64,000 nt of DNA from Octopus vulgaris. Taxonomy: Eukaryota. The translations under genes were made by a program, and so were the position numbers. This document shows positions 1 through 10,540 of this stretch, one piece after another. The stretch is taken from positions 70,060,001 to 70,124,000 of the forward strand of contig OX597818.1 in NCBI GenBank assembly GCA_951406725.2, written 5' to 3'. Numbering within the stretch: the stretch's first letter is position 1; every line of letters begins with the position of its first letter. The notes beneath the pieces are model-generated. The model was not told the DNA's origin. It worked only from the letters and a program-made list of their open reading frames with translations, and ran no database searches.

Positions 1-189
1 TCAACAGAACATGAGTTTTGTTTTGAACAATTACAGAGAGTATTTTGTATATTTTGCTCAGATTTCTTATTAATTTGATTATTAGGGGTAAAACCAAATT
101 CATTTTTCCAAGACTCTTTATTATAATTTAGTAACATTATATTATTCCTCTCCCAAGAGGAATTTTTATTCGATTCAATGATTTGGTAA

Positions 190-600
190 AGTCTCTACGA
201 CTGGATGCCCTTCCTAATATGCCAGCCACACCATACATTGTAGTGGGTGCTTTCATGTGACACTAGATGGGTGCTTTTACGTGGTGCCACGCATGCGCTT
301 TTACACAGCACCATGCAGGTGCTTTTACGTGGCACTACATGGTGCTTTAATGTGTTGCCACATGAGCACTTTTACATGGCATCACCAAGAGTGTTTTTAC
401 ATGGCACCAGAAGGATTAGTCTTACAAATTCTACTGTGGAGTATGGGTCGTTCTGAGTATGGCAAGGTACCAGGTATCTCGGTTCTTTGACATCTCACCA
501 CAAAGGTTCAGCATTCTGAGGTTATTCTTCAGTTCTTCATCCCATGTCTTCCTGGGTCTTCCACTCCCACATGTTCCATCATGGAGCAGCCATAAATGAG
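190..600 (-). mobile_element. RTE-clade LINE 3' fragment (ORF C-terminus plus 3' UTR with ~21-bp tandem repeats)
   Basis: Minus-strand peptide GTCGSGRPRKTWDEELKNNLRMLNL..KNRDTW matches the C-terminus of the RTE at 11060-11200. The UTR ctggatgcccttcctaa...gtagtgggtgct matches 10665-10715. Confidence 0.8.
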
Positions 601-764
601 TAGGGTAAGATGCGGAATCATAGAACTGTGCAGCAGTCACAGAGAGCTCCTCGTACAGACTCGGCTGTCAGTCCATATAGTAATTACAAAGAAATCTAAT
701 GTGAAGTGTCCATATAGCTGAAAATCAAAAACAAATTTGATCAATGAACTTCTTTAATGTGTAT

Positions 765-930
765 ATAAAAACATAGTCTGAAAGTATTGCAGGTGAATAT
801 AAATATAACCTGTGTTGCCTATTTAACCATATGACTTCCATAAGATTATGCAGTGATCCTATGGAAGTCACATGGTTAAGTAAATATATATTCACCTCTC
901 ATCTCCCATAACTCCAGACTGCTTTTATAA
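765..930. repeat. Imperfect ~165-bp palindrome
   Basis: Inner arms ttaaccatatgacttccataagat (823-846) and atcctatggaagtcacatggttaa (856-879) are 22/24 complementary. Outer arms are aggtgaatata/tatattcacct and ataaaaacatagtctg/cagactgcttttata. Confidence 0.75.
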
Positions 931-973
931 CTGTGTGTGTGTGTATTATGAATATGTGTATATAAAAGCAACA

Positions 974-1024
<51 letters not shown>

Positions 1025-2189
1025 TGTATATATATGAAACAATTATTTTATTCTAGATGGGTAAAAATATAGAAAAAAGAAGTTGAAAATGCACTGGGAT
1101 TTGCTTATATTTTTAATTTTTTTATTTTTAAAGATTTAACGACTTTCACAGATTTCTTTGATTTTCAAAAGTCTTACCATCTCAACCTTTAATAATCAGA
1201 AAAATCAGTGAAACCAGTTAAGTCTTTAAAAATTTTTAAATACAAAAATTGAAATGAATCTCAGTGCATTATGTATGTACATACATGTATCTATATATGT
1301 ATAAATATATGTATTGTGTGTGTATACATATGTATATTTATATATGCACATACATAAATATACACTGGTGATGATGATATATATATATACACACACACAC
1401 ACACAGTGAGCTCCACACAATTATCTTCATTTGAATTTCAGTCACCAAATATTGATAAATTCATGACTATGGAAGAAGGCATTAGCCGAAGGTGCTGTGC
1501 AGTGGAATTGAACCCATCTGCATCAATTTTCCAGTTATTTTCTGCTTCCATATTCTTGCATTGAAACCTTCTTATGAAAGCTCTAGCTTTTCTCTGCTAG
1601 TGTACCAAGTGATTGGTAATGTTTCAGTGTGGCAGTTGTTGCGAGATAACATTGACGTACTGAGAGAACACATTCCCCTGCAGGGCCTGGCTTTTCCATG
1701 TTTACATACAAAGCACAACAGTACAGTCTTAATAAGACTCCACATGTGTTTGTGCTTCACCTGCACACACACACACACACACTCGCCATTTACATCACAC
1801 ATCTTCATCTTGATTACACCGAGATTTTTCACACATTCCATAAAGCTGTTTCATCTTCCCAGCAATTTCATCTACTGCTACCACCACAACCACTACTACT
1901 ACTACTGCTACTACTACTCACACACAGAGATATCACACTCATTGTCTATTCAACCACATGAGATTTGTTTAAAACAACATCAACAGCAGCAACTTAGCAA
2001 CAGCTGGCAACCAGATAGCAATTAAGTTATGTCATATAAATGAGCACCAAATGGAAAGTTTAAGTTGCTATTGATGATGTGACGTCTCCTGATATTGTCA
2101 TCGTTATGAATTGTTTGTTGGTTTGTTTATCTGTAGCACAAACAGACAGCATGGCAGATAGGATTCTATGAATTCAAACCCCATGCATA

Positions 2190-2430
2190 GTTCTAGAGTT
2201 GGGCAAGATGGTTAGGGTAGAATCGTTAGAGTTCCAATCAAAAATGCTTTGTATTATTTCTTCTGGATCTTCCCATCAATGTTAACTTTGCCTTTTCATT
2301 CTCTCAGGATCAATGAAAATAAAGGGACAATCAAGTACTGAGATCAATGATATCAACTGACTCTTTCTCATTCCCTCGAAGCTGTTAGCTTTCAGCTGAA
2401 ATCAGAAATAATAATAATCATAATAATAAT
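2190..2430 (+). mobile_element. tRNA-derived SINE with (A/T)-triplet tail, same family as the 21838-22960 cluster
   Basis: Contains aactttgccttttcatt...gatcaatgaaaataa...caagtactgagatcaatg and ends in (AAT)n. Confidence 0.6.
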
Positions 2431-2584
2431 AAATGCCCTGATGCAGTCCCAGGCAGTGGCTCTCATGGCTTTTTATCTTAACTGATTGGAAGTGTTTTCA
2501 TGTACATTTTGTCTTGGTATAAAAGATGAGATTTGCTTGTCAGTTGTTTGACCTTAACCAGTTAAGCATGTCTCTTAGTGTAGA

Positions 2585-2840
2585 CATGGTACTAATAGTA
2601 ATTGGTGCATTTGGAAGTATCAGCACTCAACTACCAACATGGCTGAAAAAGATTGATACAAGTGTGAAGGTAGAACACCTACAACAATCTGCCTTGCTTG
2701 GAACTGCAAGAATTCTTGGCAGGATTCTTGAAGTATGACCACTTAACAAGTGTCACCTTAGTCTGCTGGCTGTGGACAGCTGACACTTTCTCTCATACCC
2801 AGCTCAATAAGCTGAATTTTCAAATAATAATAATAATAAT
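2585..2840 (+). mobile_element. Dong/R4-like (restriction-like endonuclease) LINE 3' end
   Basis: IVIGAFGSISTQLPTWLKKI...LQQSALLGTARILGRILEV* followed by a short UTR and an (AAT)n tail. This is the typical R4/Dong C-terminus. Confidence 0.8.
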
Positions 2841-2864
2841 TTGTTATTGTTGTCATTATTACTA

Positions 2865-3360
2865 TTGAGTGAGAGAGCAGTGCATGCCATCAAAGTGACA
2901 CTGGGGTAAAATATACAAAGCCCATCATGACTACCCATCTGATAAGGGTACACCAGACACATACATAACAACCATATGCATGTGACAGGATGACCTCATA
3001 TGAAGATTAACAGTGCCTGACCTTGCAGGTGGGGCTCATAATTTTCATCAGGTCGAGTAGCCCAACCTGCTCAAAAGGTCCCTGAATAAGGGTCGTTCAA
3101 GGATGTGGAACGAAACACCCATGTTTCCAAAGGTATCCCATCTCCAAAGAATTCCTCTCAACAATGGCTGTGATGCTCCCCCCACTACTTCTGCTCATGG
3201 TCAGAGATGCACATATCGTCAGCCACTAAGGAACATGCTCGACTGGTTAAGGTTAAACAACTGAGAAGCCAATCTGTGGTATTGTGCAGAATATTCGCTG
3301 TAACCCATCTTTTATACTGAAGCCATGAAAGCCACTGCCTGGCACTGCATCAGGGCCTTT
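2865..3360 (-). mobile_element. Unclassified non-coding interspersed repeat; partial inverted copy at 2432-2590
   Basis: 3235-3360 is the reverse complement of 2432-2590 (gccctgatgcagt..caggcagtggct..catggct; ccttaaccagt..agcatgt..cttagtg). Both copies are bounded by (AAT)/(ATT) runs. Confidence 0.6.
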
Positions 3361-3361
3361 A

Positions 3362-3742
3362 TTATGACCACCGCCCTAGCGAAGGTGGAGGTATTGTTTT
3401 CAGTCTTGTTTGTCTGTCTGTTTGTTTGACCATGGACAAGATATCTCAAGAACCGCTGGATGGATTTGGATGAAATGTTCAAGGATGTTTGGCCTCATAA
3501 CTGGCATGAACTGATTAGATTTCACAATCGATCCAGTGCCACACAAAGATTCTAGATTATTTTTCCAGTTTTTTTAGCTTAATTTTTGTGAGCAGTCAGG
3601 TGCATTTTTAGTATTCTCGTTTGTGAGAGCAGTTGAGTTTATTTCAGATATTCTCATTCCAAAAATCCTCTCTGGCCAATCGTTGAGAGGATGTTGGTGT
3701 TGCCTTGGCAGAGGTATGTGCTCCCTGAGTACTCTTGCTGTT
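3362..3742 (+). mobile_element. Helentron-associated non-autonomous element (HINE/DINE-1-like)
   Basis: Has a 5' subTIR/inverted repeat (ccaccgccctagcgaaggtggagg), an internal (TGTT/TGTC)n tract, ggatttggatgaaa, a 3' subTIR ccttggcagagg, a terminal stem-loop gtgctc-cct-gagtac and TT-rich flanks. Confidence 0.7.
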
Positions 3743-3744
3743 AT

Positions 3745-4720
3745 TATTCTGAAAGACTCTCGGAGAGTTCTTAGTTATTCTTTACTTGAAAGCAGGCAAT
3801 AACAAATCACTAAAGGTTTCAAGTGGTGCCTTCTCTTGTGACTTATTATTATTATTATCATTATTATTATTATCTTTTGTCTTTTGCTTCGTATTTGTAC
3901 AAATTGACTCCAAGACTCACTCAGAGACCTCAAGAGACAACAAGTTAGAAGTTCAAGTTGGTGTTATGACTAGAATGCTATAGTTTTGGTCTTGTACTGA
4001 GTATTGTTCTAGAGAATGTCTGTCAAAATATAAGAAAATTATAAGTTTGTTTTAAAAGTAAGTTGATGATAAAATGATAATGTGATCTTAAGATGACAGT
4101 AATAGATGTTTGCAATTATACACATTTAAAAGTACTTTTGACATTTACAGATTAAAATGTTTTGGGGATTACATAGACAATATTTTTTGTAGGATATGAG
4201 CAGTTCCCATGAGCACTATTTTTTAAATTTCTTCCATTTTAGGGTTTCCTGGTATCAGCCCCTTTAGCTATCATTCCTCAATCACCTATAGCAACAGGTA
4301 TTGCTTTAGTCTTGAAGTTCCACATTTTGCCAATTTCAATTTCAATTTCTTTATACTTGCTCAGTTTTTGATAGGTTTTGACAGATCCATTTATGACAAT
4401 CAGAACAGTCATGTTGATGGGGAGGCATGATTTTTGTCTAAAATCCTTTAATATAACATATTATTATCATTTTGGTTTGACTCAGGTTCAGTGTTATTCC
4501 TGGTAAGATTTATATGGGTAGCAGGTTACTACCTGTAACCTTAGGAATCCACAGTTTTCGGTAGCCTTTTAAGTGCTTAAAACCCTCTTGATAATCTTTG
4601 CTGTTCCTTATTAGGAGCTCCACTGGGCATTCTATTCCAATCTCCTTCAACCATTTGTCTAGATTTTTGCTTACTCTTCCCAACACATCAATTATTATAG
4701 GCACATACAGAGTGAAGATA
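3745..4720 (-). mobile_element. Cluster of Dong/R4-like LINE 3' fragments
   Basis: Minus-strand 4180-4460 parallels 31140-31430 (KYKEIEIEIGKMWNFKTKAIPV...IVLMGTAHIL). 4590-4710 encodes VPIIIDVLGRVSKNLDKWLKEIGI. 3745-3843 matches the UTR at 31684-31790. Confidence 0.75.
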
Positions 4721-7704
4721 TAAAATAGAGGGCTTTGTTGTTGCTTTTTCTTGAATGTTATATTGTCTGTGAAGCCTTGACAAAATGACTTTGACAGAAA
4801 ACACCCTTCTAAGAGTAGAATAAAGTATGGACTAGAATATGGAATAACGTTGATAATCTGGTGTTCTCTGCAGTATTTGAAAGTGTTTCTATAATTTTTC
4901 AATAAAGAGACAGGGATCTGACGATGAATTGATGACTTTATCATCTGACAAAATATGAGTTCAAATCCACTACACATGCTTTATGTTATGTTCCTCCTGG
5001 GACTGACATTTTGTCGGGCTCAGTTCACACAACTATCATGATCAACACGTGATTGCAGAATTTATGGTTATTCCTGAGAGACTATTATCCCATCCAGGAG
5101 CGAAATTCATCTCTCATATAATTATGTTTAGAAACCAAAGCTCTATTCTGGCCTGATTTTGGCAACCTGCTGAATCCCAAACCAGAAGATGCATAATTAA
5201 TAAAATGCCATTGCAATCAGTCAGACAGAAATCTACGGTTGGACATTATTACAAACACCATTTTCTCTTTTACTCTTTCCAAATAGAATTGCTTAGAATT
5301 TGTATGTGCTTTTCTCCTTCTCTTCCCATTCACTCCCTCCCTCACTCTTTCTCACTCTCCCTTTCTCTCTCTCTCTCTCTCTCATACACACACACAAACA
5401 TACTCAAACATTCACATGATATGGAGTAGTGAGTGTATAGGTGGCTGTGTGTTTACAATTTGAAATATCAACTTCATTTCTTAAATGTCATGCTAACCAA
5501 GGGGTGTGTGTGTGTGTGTGTGTGTGTGTTTTTATAAATAAATGAGTATATGTATATGTTCGTGCCAGTCTGTGTGTGTATATGTATGCATAGATAAATA
5601 GATGATTGGATAGATATATAGACACACGCACACCCCTCTCTCTCTCTCACTCTCACTCTCTCACACACACACACAGACTCACAAGGGAAAGAGAGAGAAA
5701 TTAATATGCTAAAATTTAAAATTTCACACCTCCATTACTCAAGTTTCATGCCAAAACCAATTTATACATTATATGAGAGTTGTGTATGTGTGACAGAAAA
5801 AAATAATGAACGCAAGAGAGAGGCAGCAGAGAGAGAGAGAGAGATGGTATATATATAAACATTGAATTAATTGATGATTAAGATAGGATTGATCACAGTG
5901 AATATTTGCATAATTTTTTTGAAAGTCTAAGTGCGGAGAGAGATAAAGAAAAAGAAAATGAAAAGAGAACAACCACTTTATATTGTTTTTTCATTGTATC
6001 CTTCCCTTATATATTGACAATTAAAAGACATCTCCACTCACACACACATGTATATATGTATATGTGTGTGAGCATGTGTGTGCATAATTATATATATGTA
6101 TATATTTCGTTTTTATCGTATAGTTATTTAAATATGAATGTATATATGTGCGTGTGTGTGCTGTTTAAATAAGTACATATATATTTGGGCACAGCTACTG
6201 TAATATTGTGTATGTAAATGGCTATAGAATACATATATGTGAATCTGTATTTAAACAATATTCTAGGTGTATACCTACATACACACACACGGAGACTCAC
6301 ACACACACAACAGTCATGTATAACAGTGTACATTTTTATGTAGATTGTATATAGATATTCATATACATACATATATACAAGAGTATGTGTTTGAAAGTAA
6401 CTATACAATAATTGCGTGTATCTACTCAATAGTACATATGAGTGTATGTGTATATGATGTAATGGTGTTAAAATACACACACACTAATGTATGTATATAA
6501 TTTTATATATAACTTAGCATAAAACAAAATAGAAATGAAAAATCATGAGTGAATATGATAAAATTTTTATCTGTTACACATGAGATATTCTGTCTCCTCC
6601 AAGTAATAACATAATATATTAAATTGCACAAAAATATATCTCCTCGTCAGTCTTGGTTTTCTGTTTTTGGTGTTTTTGTTTTCTTATCTCACAATGATAA
6701 ATCTATGTTCAAAATTGATTAACTACGTTTAAATTTCCTCTTTCTCACAGAAATATATTTCTGAATAAACCACTTTGTGGTTTTGGTTACCTTTTTCATT
6801 TCCAAGTTTATTTAAAGCAGAAACATTGTCACTGTCAACATGTCCATCACCATCAGGCATATACACATATACATGTAAACATATATATATTCACATACAC
6901 ACACACACATATATATATGCACATACACACACGCACACACACATATATACACATACATATGCACATACACACACACATACATATATATATATACACATAC
7001 ATATGCACACACACAAACACAAATATACATATATATAAATGATGTTATATATATATGTGTATGTTATGGCTGTAATCCTATGGAAATCAGTCGGCTACAT
7101 TAATAAAAAATATATAGTCAACTCTCAAAACCACTGATTTTATATTATTATATATGTTATGTGTGTGTGTGTGTACTCAAACTCAAATTTCTTTTGCCCG
7201 TAGGGCTTACTGAAATATCATTTCAAATGAAGATTCTCACAGCATAAGCATACATTCACAAAGACAACTCACCACCTCACAATACAACTATATCACAAGA
7301 TAAAAGGATGATAATATTAAGAGTTACAGAATCGGTTGGTCTATAATAGAATATGTTTGCTTGCATGAATAACTCTGGAAGGTATAATCTTTATGTATCA
7401 TCCTTTTACAATCTACATTTCTTAAAAGGTTCAGAAATGCTGATTATTAACAAACACTGCCATCAATATCTATTTGCTAAAGTAGATTTGAATAAATCTG
7501 TTTTAAAAATGAATCTGTAAAAATAATCATTCAGTAATTAATCTCAAGTAAAACTTTACTAATTATGCTCATCTTCCCTGCCTTTTTCTATTTTACACAA
7601 ATGACAAAGAAGAAATGAAAATCTCACAAATATTTGCATGGAATCAGATGCTTGTATCAGGTTTATTTTGTAGTGCAACTGAATCTATAAGTTTGTAGTT
7701 TAGT

Positions 7705-8030
7705 GAAGGTGTGTGGCTAGGTGGTTAGGGAATTCAGCTCATGATGACAAGGTCATGATTTCAAAACCCAGAAGCACATTGGGTCCTTAAGCAAGACACT
7801 TTATTTGACATTACTCCAGTCAACTCAGCAGGCAAATATAAGTAGTACCTGTAATTCAAAGGGGCTGGTCTTGTCACACCCTGTGTCATGCTAAATTTCC
7901 CTGACAACCATGTAAAGGGTGCAAATGTCTGTGAACTGCTCAGCCACTTGTTCACTAATTTCAGGAGCAGACTCTTCCATTGACCCAATCGACTGGAACA
8001 CTTGTTGTCGTAACCGACAGGGGACCAGAA
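7705..8030 (+). mobile_element. tRNA-derived SINE (related copies at ~32745-33027 and ~44232-44470)
   Basis: A-box-like gtggctaggtggttagg, then gtccttaagcaagacacttt, and shared 3' ctcagccactt..ttaatttca..agc..actggaacact. Confidence 0.65.
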
Positions 8031-8295
8031 ACTTTGTTCTTTCCCCACAGTTATTGGCAACCAATCAAACTTTGATGATTCATCATATTTCAAACATCCA
8101 TATTTGCTTTTATCTCAATTCAGTGCTTCTTTTTTTGTAATTGTTTAATTAAACCACAACTTGAAATTCAGAGGAATAAATAAAATGTAGAAACCCTTGT
8201 TCCTTTCTTTATAGACACACAAGTTCACCAATCCACTCCTCTCTCTGTTTCTGTGTGTGTGTGTCTGTATGTCTCTCTCACACACACACTATCAT

Positions 8296-8337
<42 letters not shown>

Positions 8338-8493
8338 CATTTATGACCAAGGCTTTTCAGTGAACATGTTTATCCTTGCTGTGTAGACAGTATTGTTAAA
8401 CTCCAGGTTTTTTTCTATGTACCCATAAAAAGTGATCAAGCAAGCTTCAAGTCATTTGACCAACATCATGTGTGTGTGTGTGTGTGTGTACAT

Positions 8494-9090
8494 GCTGGCA
8501 TGACACTATGTGGTTAAGAAGTTTGCATCCCTATCTTGTGATTCCAGGTTCAATCCCACAAGGCAGCACCTTTAGCAATTATGTTCTACCCTGTAGTGCA
8601 AAATGAAAGACAGCTTTGTGAACGAATTTGGTTGACAGAAACTGAAAGAAGCCCTTTATGCGTTTGTGCTTCCTTGTTTTGACATCTCACAATAATTACA
8701 AAATAATCATCACTGTCATACGAATGGTATCGTTGAGGAAAGATTTCTCCTGTAAAATATATCTACCAATGAGTGAATATCACCTTGCTTGAAGACAGAT
8801 GAGGGTTAACCACAGGGAAGGCATTTGGCTGCAGAAAAACTGGTTCAATGAATTTTAACTCATGAAGACATTAAAATGATGATAATAAAATGCTGGTGCT
8901 GCATAAAAAGCATCCAGTACACTCTGTAAAGCTGCTGGTATTAGGAAGGGCATCCAGTTGTATGATAGAAACCATACCAAAACAGATAATGAAATTTGGT
9001 GTGGCTCCTGGCCCTTGCCAGCTTCAGTCAATTTGTCCAACCCATGCCAGCATGGAAAACAGATGTTAAATGTTGATGATGATGATGACG
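8494..9090 (+). mobile_element. tRNA-headed SINE with RTE-like tail, followed by an RTE 3'-end fragment
   Basis: Head tgtggttaagaag...ggttcaatccca. 8890-9090 carries aggaagggcatccagttg...aacccatgccagcatggaaaac...(GAT)n, the reverse complement of the RTE terminus at 10541-10690. Confidence 0.7.
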
Positions 9091-9910
9091 ATTAGTGTTA
9101 TTGAGAGAGAGTTAATCAACATATAGCTAGCAACCATGCACTGAGAATTAACTTAAAAACACCTCTGTCCAAGTCGGCATGCAACTGAAAGAGTTATGGG
9201 TTGTGTTTTCTAAATTGTAAATAACATATACTGACATGCAGACATGTGGACAGGATCTGTAAATGTCATTACACAAATCACACGTCCACAAGAGAATGCC
9301 ATAGCTCTCACTCTCACTCTCAAGATGTAGAGAGAGACTAAAAATTATGCATCTTCATGATACAACATATTCCATTACAAAAACCGTCCTGAAATATTAA
9401 AATTGCAGGAACTCTAAAGAAGAAAACAGAGTTAATATATAACTGCTGTCATGAAAGTAAGTTTTATCACAATAATCACCATAGAAACCTAAAAGCAGCA
9501 GACTGATTCATAGGGTTTACACTGTCCCCTAAATGGCATTGACCATAACCATGATGGAGCCAACCAGAAGCTTGCAAGGGGTTGCCATATTAGTGCAGTA
9601 AAAGACGTTCATACTAGAGCTGCCCTTGTTTACATACCTTCATCTGAAAATTACCAAAATAATAATAATAATAATTAGGTGTAAACACATGAATAAAATA
9701 AAAATAAGTAAAAACAAAAACAAATTACATGAACATATATAAACAGAAGATACAAATATTACAGGCACCCCCCCCCCCCACATACACACACTAAATAAAC
9801 ATAAACGCACATAGAGATATAAGCATGCGCAAATGAAGACATACAATAGAAATACAAAATGGCTGACGGTTAGTAAGGAGAGACACAAATAAGAAAGAAG
9901 AAAACAAAGG

Positions 9911-9953
9911 ACCACTGATGCGGTCACAGGAGTGTGACGAAAGAACTCTGGCC
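9911..9953 (+). ncRNA. Degenerate minimal type-I hammerhead ribozyme
   Basis: acca-CTGATGc-g-gtcac-aggagt-gtgac-GAAA-gaac-TC-tgg. Stem II is 5 bp, stem I is cca/tgg, and core A9 is changed to C. Confidence 0.55.
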
Positions 9954-10540
9954 GAAATAAGATTAAGATTAATGTAAAAAATAAATAACACTGAACCAAA
10001 ATAACACTAAATATATAGTGCATGTGTTTTTATTGGCTAAACTGGCAAAATGACCATTCCGAAATATAACAATATATACACACACACATACATATATACA
10101 AGACTTTCCATTTCTCCTTTGTGCCAGATTACTACATTCGTCTGATAGTCAAAAGACCCTTTCTGTTATTTATTTATTTGTAAATGCACAATTATTTGTA
10201 TTTTGTTGTATAGCCGAAAGGCGTTCGTCTGTTGTATGTGCATAATTCTAGCCTTCTTGTTCTTGCTTTCATTTTTGTGCACATTCATTTGGTTTTCCCA
10301 GAAGCTTAATCCTCTGGCACTTGCTGGATTCGAGCAGTCTCATGGGTAAAAAAGCACAAAACTGCTATGACTTTCTGGACACTGACTGATGAGGAAATCA
10401 GTTGCAAATAGCCTGAGTATCTTGTTTTGTCCAGTCTCTGTCTGTTATGTTATCATCTATTTTTCCATATGTTGTTTTTTGTTGGATTTCTGCTTGGTTT
10501 GTCCTTTCTGTCCTATCCTTGATAAGATGTGTGCATAAGT

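Noticed and set aside
600-1760. Possible minus-strand exons at ~600-716 and 1500-1760
   Set aside because: No donor sites, and stops interrupt the frames; KTVLL..KHGKARP and YVNVIS look more like decayed RTE-X-type LINE sequence.
10381-10437. ctgatgag...gtccagt hammerhead-like motif
   Set aside because: No GAAA after a stem II; at best a deleted relic, so counted only as weak.
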